A stretch of 64,000 nucleotides of DNA from a virus. This document shows positions 18,359 through 27,552 of this stretch, one piece after another. Position numbers and translations under genes: made by a program. The stretch covers positions 6,888 through 70,887 of the IMG/VR virus record IMGVR_UViG_3300043777_000102; one strand, given 5' to 3'. Numbering within the stretch: position 1 is the stretch's first letter; every line of letters begins with the position of its first letter. The notes under the pieces were generated by a model, which did no database searches, was not told the DNA's origin, and was given only the letters and a program-made list of their open reading frames with translations.

Positions 18359-18741
18359 TGTCAGCCACAACCATCGCCCCAGCGCCGACGCCGGCCGCGC
18401 AGACGGCGCAGACCAACGCGGCAATCAGCGCGGCGGAAACCGGCGCTGCGTTGCTGAACAATCTCCAGACGGCGGACCCGGCGCTGTATCAGCAATTGGT
18501 CGGCAGCTTTTCCACCTACGGCAAGTCGGCAGCCGCGCCGCTGGTAGGCTCACTGCTGGGCTTGCTGGTGGCGCACTACGGGCTTGCGGCCATCGTGACG
18601 CCGGACACGCTGAACCTGCTGACGGATGCGCTGGTGGCGCTGGGGACAGGTGCTGGGGCGTTGGTCATGCACTGGATCGGAAAGCGCCCCGGCAACAAGC
18701 TGGCTGGGGCAGTGCCGGGTGCGAAGGTGGGGACGCCGTGA
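18355..18741 (+). CDS. Holin-like membrane protein
   Basis: Two hydrophobic segments, basic C-terminus. Confidence 0.5.
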   Translation: MMSATTIAPAPTPAAQTAQTNAAISAAETGAALLNNLQTADPALYQQLVGSFSTYGKSAAAPLVGSLLGLLVAHYGLAAIVTPDTLNLLTDALVALGTGAGALVMHWIGKRPGNKLAGAVPGAKVGTP

Positions 18742-18959
18742 GCGAGGCGAGGACCGTGCGGGTGCGGATCGCGGTGGCTGTGACACCAGACGGCGCGTGG
18801 TCCGCATTCGGCTATTCGGGCTACGACGAGAAAGGCGTGAAGGAAAGCGTCTTCATCGATGATCTGCCCGAAGGCGAACAATTCCACTGGATAGAGGCCG
18901 ACGTGCCGATCCCCGTAGCAACAACGATCCCCGGCGCGGTTGTGCCGGTGGAGACATAG
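18738..18959 (+). CDS. Hypothetical protein
   Basis: GTGA overlap, acidic 73 aa. Confidence 0.6.
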   Translation: MSEARTVRVRIAVAVTPDGAWSAFGYSGYDEKGVKESVFIDDLPEGEQFHWIEADVPIPVATTIPGAVVPVET

Positions 18960-18968
18960 GAGCCCCAC

Positions 18969-19325
18969 ATGACCTCTCTCCCCCGCCGCCGCGCGCTGCT
19001 GGCCCTGCTCGGCACCACCGCACTCATCGTCGCAGCCTGCTCGTCCACGCAGTCGCCAAGCACGGCGATCGCGGCCTCTGAGGTGGCGCTGACCGCCGCC
19101 GACCAGTTGGCGATCCAGTACGTCACGCTGCCCCTGTGCGGCCCCACGGCGCCAAAGCTGTGCTCGTCGGCCAGTATCAGCGCGCAGATCAAGACCCAGG
19201 CCCAGAACGCCTACAATGCGATCCAGGCGGCCAAGGCGAACCCCACGTCAGCAGCGGCAGCGGCGGCAGCAGCGGCGGTGTCCGAATTGCAGGCGCTCGT
19301 GCCGCCCGCGACAACCACGAACTGA
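18969..19325 (+). CDS. Lipoprotein (possible spanin-type lysis component)
   Basis: Signal peptide with lipobox VAAC; AGGAG RBS. Confidence 0.7.
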   Translation: MTSLPRRRALLALLGTTALIVAACSSTQSPSTAIAASEVALTAADQLAIQYVTLPLCGPTAPKLCSSASISAQIKTQAQNAYNAIQAAKANPTSAAAAAAAAAVSELQALVPPATTTN

Positions 19326-19337
19326 GGAACTGCACCC

Positions 19338-19535
19338 ATGCTCACGCTCGTCCCCGTTCTTTTGGAACTGCTCCAGGCCGGCATTACGGTTGTCCCGGAG
19401 ATCATCACTGCGGCACAGACGGAGGTGTCACTGTTCAATTCCGGCACGGCGCCCACTGCGGCCCAGCAAGCCACCATCGACGCCGCGCTTGCCACCGCCA
19501 ACTCCGCGCTCCAGGCCGCTCAGCCGGCTCCGTGA
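19338..19535 (+). CDS. Small amphipathic protein paired with the lipoprotein
   Basis: GAGGA RBS; hydrophobic N-terminus. Confidence 0.65.
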   Translation: MLTLVPVLLELLQAGITVVPEIITAAQTEVSLFNSGTAPTAAQQATIDAALATANSALQAAQPAP

Positions 19536-19897
19536 CCCCTGCGGCCGACGTTCGGGCCTCCGTGATCGACCCCCGCCACGACGCGATGAGGAAGGCGCTT
19601 GCTCAATGCACCTTCGTGCCCGGCTCGGCGCACAAGCGATTCGCACGCGATCTGCCACACGCCAAGGAACTGACCGAGGCGCAGGTTCGTCACCTGATCC
19701 GGCTGTGCTGGCGGTATCGTCGGCAGATGCCGGCTGACCTGGTGCCGAGCAAGGATGCCGTCCTAGAGTTGGATGCTGATTGGAACCTGCGAGTAGAGGC
19801 CGCCGCTGCGGAGAAGACTGCTGCGAAGCGGACGGCGCGGGCGATCAGGAAGCGTGGGCCGGTGCCTGTGGCGCCGCAGCTTCCTGGGCTGCTCTGA
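19532..19897 (+). CDS. Hypothetical protein
   Basis: GTGA coupling; FVPGSAHKRF..CWRYRRQM. Confidence 0.6.
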   Translation: MTPAADVRASVIDPRHDAMRKALAQCTFVPGSAHKRFARDLPHAKELTEAQVRHLIRLCWRYRRQMPADLVPSKDAVLELDADWNLRVEAAAAEKTAAKRTARAIRKRGPVPVAPQLPGLL

Positions 19898-19930
19898 CCC
19901 TTCCGGCCTGCGTGGCGCCGGGATAGGCGG

Positions 19931-20215
19931 CTATTCTCCGTCCTGATACACAGTCCAGATCGCTGGGTCGCCCACACCCTCGTTGATCCCGAGCAGCCAC
20001 GCCTCGCTGTATCTGCGCAGAATGGCGAGCGTCCGCTCGACCGACAACTTACACGCCTTCGCCACATCGCCAAGCGTTGCGGCTTGATCCCAAGGGCGCC
20101 CGGCATTCACCCCGATGGTGATCAGCCGGCGCATTTGCGTCACCATGCGCCGCGCCTCGATGACGTCTGGGTCGGTGACTAGCTGGCCGAAACGGCCTCG
20201 GTAGGTTCGGGTCAA
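19931..20215 (-). CDS. Small HTH-like hypothetical protein
   Basis: TLGDVAKACKLSVERTLAIL helix-turn-helix pattern. Confidence 0.5.
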   Translation of the reverse strand: MTRTYRGRFGQLVTDPDVIEARRMVTQMRRLITIGVNAGRPWDQAATLGDVAKACKLSVERTLAILRRYSEAWLLGINEGVGDPAIWTVYQDGE

Positions 20216-20448
20216 TGTCCTCTCCCGTCCGCCCCCGCCGGCAGCACCACACTACCCCCGCAATCCGACACCCGCACCGACCAACCCCGCATCGCTGCAT
20301 CGTGGCTGTTGTGGTAGGCCGTAGCACGCAGGATGTCCTGCCGCTGCACAGCGCACGCCGCGTGCTCTACAGGCTCGGTGAACGGCGGGAGGGCGCCGTG
20401 GAGGGTTACGACGATGACGGTGAGGGTTACGAGGTCAGGCATCGGCAT
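20212..20448 (-). CDS. Hypothetical protein with hydrophobic N-terminus
   Basis: GGAG RBS; in early operon. Confidence 0.5.
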   Translation of the reverse strand: MPMPDLVTLTVIVVTLHGALPPFTEPVEHAACAVQRQDILRATAYHNSHDAAMRGWSVRVSDCGGSVVLPAGADGRGH

Positions 20449-20671
20449 ATCTCCGGGCGCAGGCTTCAATGATCTCGCCCATCTCGGTGTTGTCGCCATA
20501 GTCGCAGTCACCGCACGCGCTGCATTCGTAAACTGGCACCGAACAGCCGCCGCCATCGCAGCCACAATTCCGACCGCCTATGTGGACCCAGACATGGCCG
20601 AGCACCATGCACGGATGTGCGCCGCCTGCCAGGACGGAAGCCTCGGCAATCAGCCTTCTAAGGGTGTCCAT
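20435..20671 (-). CDS. Cys-rich zinc-binding protein
   Basis: NCGC..CSVPVYECSACGDCDYG. Confidence 0.65.
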   Translation of the reverse strand: MDTLRRLIAEASVLAGGAHPCMVLGHVWVHIGGRNCGCDGGGCSVPVYECSACGDCDYGDNTEMGEIIEACARRYADA

Positions 20672-20964
20672 TACCCCTCCCTCACCCGCGCCACGAACGC
20701 CGCTGCGTCGGCCAACCCCGCGTTCAGGTGCTCAATGTCGCAGTTGCCCTCTAGCAGACCCGGCGATTCACCCGCGACCGCGGCGAGAAAATCGTTGGCG
20801 CAATTCGTCAGCCGCTCGATCAGATCCAGCGCGTCCGGGAGCGGAGAGGCTGAGAGCATGTCTGCGGCAACCCGTCGCGCATCCGAGTTCCCGTCGCTGC
20901 ACACACTTTCGATGGAGCGCGCCACCTTCTCCACCACCTCCGGCGACCAGGTGCGGTCAGCCAC
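20671..20964 (-). CDS. Hypothetical early protein
   Basis: GTG start with GGAGG; C-terminus similar to 21105-21446. Confidence 0.55.
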   Translation of the reverse strand: MADRTWSPEVVEKVARSIESVCSDGNSDARRVAADMLSASPLPDALDLIERLTNCANDFLAAVAGESPGLLEGNCDIEHLNAGLADAAAFVARVREG

Positions 20965-21112
20965 AGTCGCCTCCCCGCTCATACCCGGCAGCATACGCCT
21001 CGATCTGCTCCAACAGATCCCAGCAGCCCTCTGGGTCATTCGCGGCACACCATGCGTCGAAGCGGGCATAGACCCAGGCCATGAGGGAGACGTTCGTCAG
21101 GGCGTCAGGCAT
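20957..21112 (-). CDS. 51-aa hypothetical protein
   Basis: AAGGAG RBS, overlaps both neighbours (MPDALTNVSLMAWVY...). Confidence 0.5.
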   Translation of the reverse strand: MPDALTNVSLMAWVYARFDAWCAANDPEGCWDLLEQIEAYAAGYERGGDCG

Positions 21113-21446
21113 CGGCGATCTCCTTCCGGACACGCCCCACGAACGCCGCTGCGTCGGCCTTCAGATCGTCCAGCCCAGCGACGTATGAGAAACCGTGCTT
21201 GCGCTGTAACTCCAAGCGCGTGATCCGCTCGATCAGTTCGACGGCAGCGAGGAGTGCCATGCCGCGCTTCTGCGCCTCGTCATTCAGGGCCTCGGCTGCC
21301 TGGATGTGAGCAGCGTCAGCACGGATGTAGAGTGCGCCGCGATGCCTCACGCTCTCGGCCACGCGATCCAGTGGCCACCATACAGCGGATAGCCTGCCAT
21401 CCCCATGCTGCCGGTCTATCCAGACGCGCTCAGGTTCGTCAGCCAT
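21105..21446 (-). CDS. Hypothetical early protein (YIRAD motif)
   Basis: PERVWI..YIRAD shared with 21439-21678. Confidence 0.6.
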   Translation of the reverse strand: MADEPERVWIDRQHGDGRLSAVWWPLDRVAESVRHRGALYIRADAAHIQAAEALNDEAQKRGMALLAAVELIERITRLELQRKHGFSYVAGLDDLKADAAAFVGRVRKEIADA

Positions 21447-21678
21447 GCAAATGTTCCCCCGCGTCTTCCCGCCACTCCGCATCACCGTCCAACGCCCGCT
21501 GCAGCAGCGTCCTCAAGCGGGTGATCTCGGCGGTGGCATCGGTCTGGACAATCATCGCGTTGGCGCTGGCGATGTCAGCGCGGATGTATTCGTTGTCAGA
21601 ATCGCCAAAGCGCGTCTCACCAACCGCCCACCGGGTGCCGATGCGTTGGATGAACATTCGGATTGGTGCATCAGGCAT
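21439..21678 (-). CDS. Hypothetical early protein (YIRAD motif)
   Basis: PIRMFI..YIRAD. Confidence 0.6.
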   Translation of the reverse strand: MPDAPIRMFIQRIGTRWAVGETRFGDSDNEYIRADIASANAMIVQTDATAEITRLRTLLQRALDGDAEWREDAGEHLHG

Positions 21679-22038
21679 CTACGTCGCCTGCCTTGGCGCG
21701 GGCGGTAGTGTGCGAAAGTGTGTCGGCGCCGGCCAATCTTGTCCATCAATGGACCAGCACCACGCGCCAGTGGCGTTTTCGCCAGCGTTCTTGTCGAAAT
21801 ATCCTTCGCCTATGACGCGCTGTGTTTCGTTCCACACCATCATGATGATGCACTTGTCGTCTGCGGTATCGGCCATCGCGATAGGCGTCCATGCCGCTAT
21901 GTCGGCCTCGTCCAACATGCGCCGGACCAGCGCCCTCTCCCGTTGCGACCAGCCGGTGGTGTCTGCACTAATCCGCCGCCACCCTTCCAAACCGTGGGCG
22001 ACACGGCACGCCGCCTCTACCTGTGCGTCACTGGCCAT
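21679..22038 (-). CDS. DUF551-like phage protein
   Basis: WTPI..A..PTHFRTLPPAP pattern. Confidence 0.55.
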   Translation of the reverse strand: MASDAQVEAACRVAHGLEGWRRISADTTGWSQRERALVRRMLDEADIAAWTPIAMADTADDKCIIMMVWNETQRVIGEGYFDKNAGENATGAWCWSIDGQDWPAPTHFRTLPPAPRQAT

Positions 22039-22309
22039 CGCCGGCTCCTGCGTCATCCATCACCGCCCGAATCGTGTCGCATAGAAGATCGCGGACCTCA
22101 GTCCTCCGATCCTCAGAGAAGAACGCCCGCGCGGTCTGCGCAGCCTCGATCACCGATCCGAAGACCGTGGCTGCGACCGAGTGGCCCCCTCGCGCCCGTG
22201 TGTTGAAAAACGCGTGCGCTGCGGCCTGCTCAATTGCATTCTGCCGCTGCCATGCGTCCTCGCTGGCCGGGATGGCGCAGGCAAGGTCGACGTTATTCGT
22301 GGGGGTCAT
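22028..22309 (-). CDS. Hypothetical protein
   Basis: Overlapping starts/stops in the operon. Confidence 0.5.
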   Translation of the reverse strand: MTPTNNVDLACAIPASEDAWQRQNAIEQAAAHAFFNTRARGGHSVAATVFGSVIEAAQTARAFFSEDRRTEVRDLLCDTIRAVMDDAGAGDGQ

Positions 22310-22754
22310 CGGCGTGGCCTGCTGGTGGGTGGGCGGCGCGGGCGCGGAGAATCGCCGCCACAAGCGCGAGTACGGGGCTGTTGGCTCGGCCCTCAATCGG
22401 GGCGCCGTCTTTGATCGCGACCAATGCGCTGCCCGTGCTGGCGACGGACCAGAAGTCATCCGGCTTGAGCAGAGTCAGCGCGGCATCAATACTCCACACC
22501 CAGTTCGGCACGCCGCGTTGCCATTCTTGCGTTCCTGGCCGACACCACCATTCCTGGCGCCATTGCTCTGTCGACTGCTTCCAGCCCAGCGCGCGAGCAA
22601 TGTCGTGCGAGAGTTCAATGGTTGGTTCGGTTGCCTGCTCAATCTTGTCCGCGAGCGCGAGGGGCGTCATGGCGCGGTGCTGTAAGGCGCGTCGCTGCGT
22701 CTCTAGTCTAGCATTCGCCGCAGCGGCGAGGGCTTCTGCCAACTCGGGGCTCAT
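22293..22754 (-). CDS. Phage ABA-sandwich-like protein
   Basis: VPNWVWSIDAALTL..SPVLALVAAILRA pattern. Confidence 0.55.
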   Translation of the reverse strand: MSPELAEALAAAANARLETQRRALQHRAMTPLALADKIEQATEPTIELSHDIARALGWKQSTEQWRQEWWCRPGTQEWQRGVPNWVWSIDAALTLLKPDDFWSVASTGSALVAIKDGAPIEGRANSPVLALVAAILRARAAHPPAGHADDPHE

Positions 22755-23461
22755 TCCTCGGCGTCCTTCCCGGCTGCCGGGATGCGCGACAGGAACGATT
22801 CGAGCAGCGCCCTGCGTTCTGGGATGATGAAGAACTTGAGCCGATGCTCGATGTCACCGCGCACTGCCTTCAGTTCCTCCGCAGACACGTCCCCCAGCGC
22901 GGGCGGCGGCGATGCGGGGAGGGGTAGCGCTCGGATTAATTCGGCACAATCGGACGCTTCATTTGCCATGTGAGCCCACATGAGGTTGGGTTTTGCTTCT
23001 GGTGGTTCCGGCGACGTTTCGATCTTCAGTTCCCATTTGGACGCCTCTACTTCGCACACCTTCGCCGCCGCTTCCCTCATCGCCTCCGCGCCAGACGGGG
23101 CGGTGGCGCGTAGAGCGGCAAGTTTTTCGCGGAGGTCGGTCAAAATCTCCTGCGCCATCGCCCGGCCCTCACGTCCGCACTGTTCAAGGTAGGCACGGTC
23201 GCGTGATCTGGGCCTCTCGATTGTCTCCGACCTCGGCTCAAGCAGTTGCCTGCCGAAATCATCGACAGTCTTGCGCAGCGCCACGGCATCAGCCATCGCC
23301 CGGCGCTTCTCGTCCAGGAGATTCGCGATGGTCTGGTCGCGCTCCTCGATCGCAGCGATGGCATCCCGCAGCAAAGAACTGTGCACCAACATAGGCCCCA
23401 TTTCCTCGCGCGGGTCACAGAGTTCCCGTAGCCGGTCCAGGATGTCGCGTTGGTCCGTCAT
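22751..23461 (-). CDS. Coiled-coil early protein
   Basis: DILDRLRE..EAMREAAAKVCE..AELIRALP. Confidence 0.65.
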   Translation of the reverse strand: MTDQRDILDRLRELCDPREEMGPMLVHSSLLRDAIAAIEERDQTIANLLDEKRRAMADAVALRKTVDDFGRQLLEPRSETIERPRSRDRAYLEQCGREGRAMAQEILTDLREKLAALRATAPSGAEAMREAAAKVCEVEASKWELKIETSPEPPEAKPNLMWAHMANEASDCAELIRALPLPASPPPALGDVSAEELKAVRGDIEHRLKFFIIPERRALLESFLSRIPAAGKDAEE

Positions 23462-25416
23462 GCCGCGTCCATGATCGCCTTGGCCTGCACCCGAAAGTGC
23501 GTCGCCAGGCGCCCTTTGTCTTCACGTTCAAGCCGATCAAGTAACAACGTCTGAGGTGTCGAGCCAAAGTACCGCCGCATGTCGTGCTTGTTGGAGAGGG
23601 TCCGCATCTCGGACAGTCGCGCCTCGACATGGCCGACGTCCTTGGCCCAGGCTGGAGGCCAGTCCGAAGCGCCGTCGGCTGTGAGGGCAGCGTGGACGGC
23701 AGGCTCGTCCGTTGCCGTCTGAGGTTCTGGCACCCCAAGCGGCGCGATGCACTCCGGCACCGCAACACCCAACTCCTGGCAGTGCTTCACGATCCGACTG
23801 CGCACCGCGAGCTGCTGCGGCTGCCCGGCGCGCATCAGCGTCGGCATCTGCGCGGCGAGCCAGCCGTCAACGGTCTGCTCCGACTGCCTCGCCAGCGTTT
23901 CGTAGAACTGGTCTGCGCCGGCGAGGTAGGTCTTCCAGTCGGGCTTGCCGCGCGCCTCGGGCAGCGCGATGGCGCCGTAGTGGAAGTCCTCACCGTGCGC
24001 GACCTGGTCGCCCTCGGCCTCTTGCTCCTGGGCGCCGAGGCTTTCCAGCATCGGCCCAACGGTCGGATGGGAGCGCAGCGGGGTAATGACGTCCAGATTG
24101 CTGTCCCAAATCGCGTCACGGTCCGAGGGATCGGGCGCCTCGGTGAACAGCTTGTGAAAGGCGCCGGCCCAAGCCAACTCGTCGGTGAACGGCCCGGCCA
24201 CGATCTCGCCGGTCTCGTCCGAGAGGTAGCCCTCAAATGCGGGCGCCGCTGGCGCGTGATGCTGCGTGGCAGGCTGGTCGGCCTTGGACGCTGTCTGGGC
24301 AGGGCGCGAGGGAGGAGCCGCTGTACGGCCTTCCTGCTCGTCTCCTGGCGGTGGCACCTCGTCGTCGCGGGGGTCGTGGTCCTCGGCCGGCGGCGGTGCG
24401 GGCTGACGCTTGGCCGGCGGCTTGGCCTGGCGCGGCTCAGCGGTGGTGGTCGCAACTTGCGAGCGCGGTGTCTGCGCTGGCTTCTCGGGTTCGATCGGTC
24501 CCTCCGGGTCGTGGTCGCCAGCGTCGGTGACCTCCCACGTCCCCTCCATGACGTTGTCCATCTCCGTCACCTTGGAGAAATCGACGTGGCCGCGATCGCC
24601 CTCCTCGTCCAGCGCCATCGCCGTCGCCATCTCGATCGACTTCGGCAGCCATTTCTGGCCGGCGCGGAGTGCCGTCTTTCGCCACATGGGCACCGGGTCC
24701 TTGATCCACGGCGCCTCGCTGTAGCGCGGGTCGCGCATCGGATCCTTACCCTCCTTCTTCGCGTCATCGTACGCATACATGGCCGAGCGGTAGCCCTGCG
24801 ATCGGCCGCGGATCGTCAGCACGTCGGCCGCCGTCATCACCTCGAAGCTCTCCCCGCCGCCCGTCATCCGCGCGTACATGTAGGCGAACTCGGGCTGCGT
24901 GCCCTCGGGGTGCGCCTCGCGGCCTGGTTTGTGGCGCAGGTGGCGGTCGGTCCCGTATTCGTAGGAGAACTGATCGCCTGGCCACACGACGTCGCAGTGC
25001 ACATCAGAAACCTTCCCGGACCGGCTGATCAGCTCCAGGTAGCCCGGGTAACCGATGATCAGGTTCACGTCCGTGCGCTGGGTCTCGCGCTTCCTGGTCG
25101 TCGGGTTCCATTTCTTCACGTCGAACGGGATCAGGAAAGCGTGCTGGAGCGGCGTGTTGGGCTCCAGGCCGAGCGCGGCAAGCGTGATGTAGGCGCCGAG
25201 CATCGAGAGCGGCGCGACCTGCATCAGCTTCGGCGTCTTCTGCACTGCGGTGACGAACGTCCGCAGCATGCGCTCGGCCCGCATGTGCTTGGGGACAGCC
25301 TGCTCGATACGCTTTTTGAACTCGGCGTTGTCGAACAATTCTTGTAGGGACTTGACCTTGCCGAGCGGCACAAACTGCTGGATGCGCGGCGCGGCGACGG
25401 CTTTGGTCTCGCTCAT
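23458..25416 (-). CDS. recT: RecT-family single-strand annealing recombinase with long C-terminal extension
   Basis: SMLGAYITLAALGLEPNTPLQHAFLIPF..LIIGYPGYLELISRSG..PW..D...MWRKTALR...KWLPKSIE. Confidence 0.9.
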   Translation of the reverse strand: MSETKAVAAPRIQQFVPLGKVKSLQELFDNAEFKKRIEQAVPKHMRAERMLRTFVTAVQKTPKLMQVAPLSMLGAYITLAALGLEPNTPLQHAFLIPFDVKKWNPTTRKRETQRTDVNLIIGYPGYLELISRSGKVSDVHCDVVWPGDQFSYEYGTDRHLRHKPGREAHPEGTQPEFAYMYARMTGGGESFEVMTAADVLTIRGRSQGYRSAMYAYDDAKKEGKDPMRDPRYSEAPWIKDPVPMWRKTALRAGQKWLPKSIEMATAMALDEEGDRGHVDFSKVTEMDNVMEGTWEVTDAGDHDPEGPIEPEKPAQTPRSQVATTTAEPRQAKPPAKRQPAPPPAEDHDPRDDEVPPPGDEQEGRTAAPPSRPAQTASKADQPATQHHAPAAPAFEGYLSDETGEIVAGPFTDELAWAGAFHKLFTEAPDPSDRDAIWDSNLDVITPLRSHPTVGPMLESLGAQEQEAEGDQVAHGEDFHYGAIALPEARGKPDWKTYLAGADQFYETLARQSEQTVDGWLAAQMPTLMRAGQPQQLAVRSRIVKHCQELGVAVPECIAPLGVPEPQTATDEPAVHAALTADGASDWPPAWAKDVGHVEARLSEMRTLSNKHDMRRYFGSTPQTLLLDRLEREDKGRLATHFRVQAKAIMDAA

Positions 25417-26036
25417 TCGGCTTGGTCCTTGAAGGTGGGCGCCGGCAGGCCCTGCAAATGGTAGTAGAGCCGCACGGTGGCGCGGACGTCGTGCAGCGCG
25501 TTGTGGGCGCCCTCCAGCTTCTCGCCGAGCAGGCACTCGACTGCCTCGGCCAGCTTCGGGGTTTTGAAGGTCTTGCGGCCAGCCGCCATCATCGCATCGG
25601 TCGGCGGCAGTTTGCAGAGCGGCGTGGCCGCACGCATGACGCAGAAGGTTTTGAACTGCGCGCCCCACAGGTCGATCTGGTCCTTGGCCATGCCGGCGCG
25701 GACCATCGCGATGCGGAGGATGCGGCGGTCGAAATCGAAGTCGAACGCACTCAGCATGTCGGCTTCCTGGGCCATCCTGATGAACCGCTCGACAACCTCG
25801 GCGTTCGGGATGCCCTCGGCGAGCGCGCGCTCGGTCGAAATGCCGTGGAGCGCCGCAAGCTCGGCGGGAATCGCCCAGCCATCGGGCTTCACGATCACGT
25901 CGCAGGCGTCCATCTCGGTGCCGTCTTCCATGAGGTAGGCGGCGAGCTGCACGAGATGCGGCTGGTCGGGGTGTTCGGACGGTTCTTTGAACAGTGGCAA
26001 ACCCGTTGTCTCCGTATCGAAACAGAGCAGCCTCAT
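25413..26036 (-). CDS. DnaQ-like (DEDDh) 3'-5' exonuclease
   Basis: FDTETTGLP, FDFD, AHNALHDV motifs. Confidence 0.9.
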   Translation of the reverse strand: MRLLCFDTETTGLPLFKEPSEHPDQPHLVQLAAYLMEDGTEMDACDVIVKPDGWAIPAELAALHGISTERALAEGIPNAEVVERFIRMAQEADMLSAFDFDFDRRILRIAMVRAGMAKDQIDLWGAQFKTFCVMRAATPLCKLPPTDAMMAAGRKTFKTPKLAEAVECLLGEKLEGAHNALHDVRATVRLYYHLQGLPAPTFKDQAE

Positions 26037-26197
26037 GTCGGCTCCTCCTCAGATTGCCGCACGATCACCCAGCCGCGCTTGTGGAGCGCCTCCAGGAACA
26101 CGACGGGGTTGAATGTCATCCGCATAGGCCTGGCCTCGGTCGCGGCGGCGTCCACGTCATGCAGCAGCTTGAAGGCGGCGAGGGAGTCGGGGGTCAT
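26033..26197 (-). CDS. Small hypothetical protein
   Basis: ATGA coupling on both sides. Confidence 0.5.
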   Translation of the reverse strand: MTPDSLAAFKLLHDVDAAATEARPMRMTFNPVVFLEALHKRGWVIVRQSEEEPT

Positions 26198-26946
26198 AGA
26201 GGCATCTCCAGTTGTGCAGATAGTCGGGCGCGGCGGGCGGCGAGGCGAGCCTCCGTCAGCCTGGCTAATGCTGCGCGCCCCTCTGGTGTGGCGGCGCGTG
26301 CGCGTAGTGCGGCGGCTACGGCAGCGACGTGTGCCGGGCTTTTCGGCTTGCCGCGCTGTAGGGCGCTCAGCCGCGCCCGAAGCTCTGGAGATGCACGCCA
26401 ACCTTTCCGAGTGGCCTGCATCTTGGCGATGGCCTCCGGCGTGCGACATTCTGGCATGCCGCGTTGGCGATGCTTCTCGCGAGCAGCCTCAGAGCAAGGG
26501 CGACCTTTCCCCTTTCGGTTGGCACTCATGAGGGCAAGCGTTTCCGGACTAAACTTGCGCCCCTTCAGGGCTTCACTGATCTTCCGATTGCGTTCGGGTG
26601 TCATCGACGCACGCAAATTCGCCTTTGCTTGCTCGGAGAGCTGGACGCCGGCCGACGATTCGCCGCCGCTGGTGAGATTGTATCCGCTCGGCGCGAGAGT
26701 GCCGTGCAGCACGATCAGTTCGCGCTCACGATGCAGCGCAAGGGCCAACTCGTCGATCGTCTCCAAGATCTGAACGTCAAACGTCTCCGCGCCATACTTC
26801 CGGATAGCGCGGTGCAGCGTGTGGCCAGGGCGGTTTCTTGCCATCTTCTTATGTTGCGTCCATCTGGCCGCAGCAGTCAGCTTCGTGATGCCCACGTAGG
26901 CCCGACCGGTCGCGCGATTAACGATTTTGTATAGGGTGAAAGGCAT
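26194..26946 (-). CDS. GIY-YIG homing endonuclease with NUMOD3-like repeats
   Basis: TLYKIVN..AYVGIT..RW..H; GYNLTSGGE; repeated SPET..MS/ISEALKG. Confidence 0.85.
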   Translation of the reverse strand: MPFTLYKIVNRATGRAYVGITKLTAAARWTQHKKMARNRPGHTLHRAIRKYGAETFDVQILETIDELALALHRERELIVLHGTLAPSGYNLTSGGESSAGVQLSEQAKANLRASMTPERNRKISEALKGRKFSPETLALMSANRKGKGRPCSEAAREKHRQRGMPECRTPEAIAKMQATRKGWRASPELRARLSALQRGKPKSPAHVAAVAAALRARAATPEGRAALARLTEARLAARRARLSAQLEMPL

Positions 26947-26947
26947 G

Positions 26948-27280
26948 TCAGGAACGTGGCCAGCAGGCCGGCTCGCAGACGACAGCAATCCCGTACACCC
27001 GGTGGTCGGTCAGCTCGGACAGCGGCGTGCCGGTGCGGCGGTGCAGGCTCTCGCGGAGGATGGCGGTCGCCGGTCGGTTCTCGTCGCCCAGGACGCCGTT
27101 GGTCAGCAGGTCGACCTCGACCCCATCATGCTGCCAGACCGGCAGGCGCACCACGCGGGAGGCGCGCATCAGGACCCGCGCGACGTCACGGATGCTGTCG
27201 GCCGTCGGCGGGTCGGGCAGTTCGATGCCGCAGCGCATGCTCGCGCCGGCGGGGAACAGGCAGGTGAAGTGGACCTTCAT
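26948..27280 (-). CDS. Hypothetical protein
   Basis: Coupled ORF; ENRPATAI..VYGIAVV. Confidence 0.6.
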   Translation of the reverse strand: MKVHFTCLFPAGASMRCGIELPDPPTADSIRDVARVLMRASRVVRLPVWQHDGVEVDLLTNGVLGDENRPATAILRESLHRRTGTPLSELTDHRVYGIAVVCEPACWPRS

Positions 27281-27552
27281 GGCAGCAGACCCCCTGCGTC
27301 GAGTTTCAGCGCCTTGGCGAAGTCAGCTAGCTGGTGGATCAGCAGCTTCTGGCGCCCGGCCTCGATGTTCGCAACCGACGCGCGGGACAGGTGCACGGCC
27401 TTGGCGAGCTCCAGTTGTGTCAGCAACAACTCAAGGCGACGCTCGGCAAGCGTCGCTCCGAGCCGCCGGTAATATGCGCGCTGTCGCAGCGGCCAGGAGG
27501 GCGCAATGGCCTTCTTCCGGCGCCGGCGCGTGATAATGATGACGCGGCGCAT
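27277..27552 (-). CDS. XRE-family HTH regulator
   Basis: LTQLELAKAVHLSRASVANIEAGRQ. Confidence 0.85.
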   Translation of the reverse strand: MRRVIIITRRRRKKAIAPSWPLRQRAYYRRLGATLAERRLELLLTQLELAKAVHLSRASVANIEAGRQKLLIHQLADFAKALKLDAGGLLP

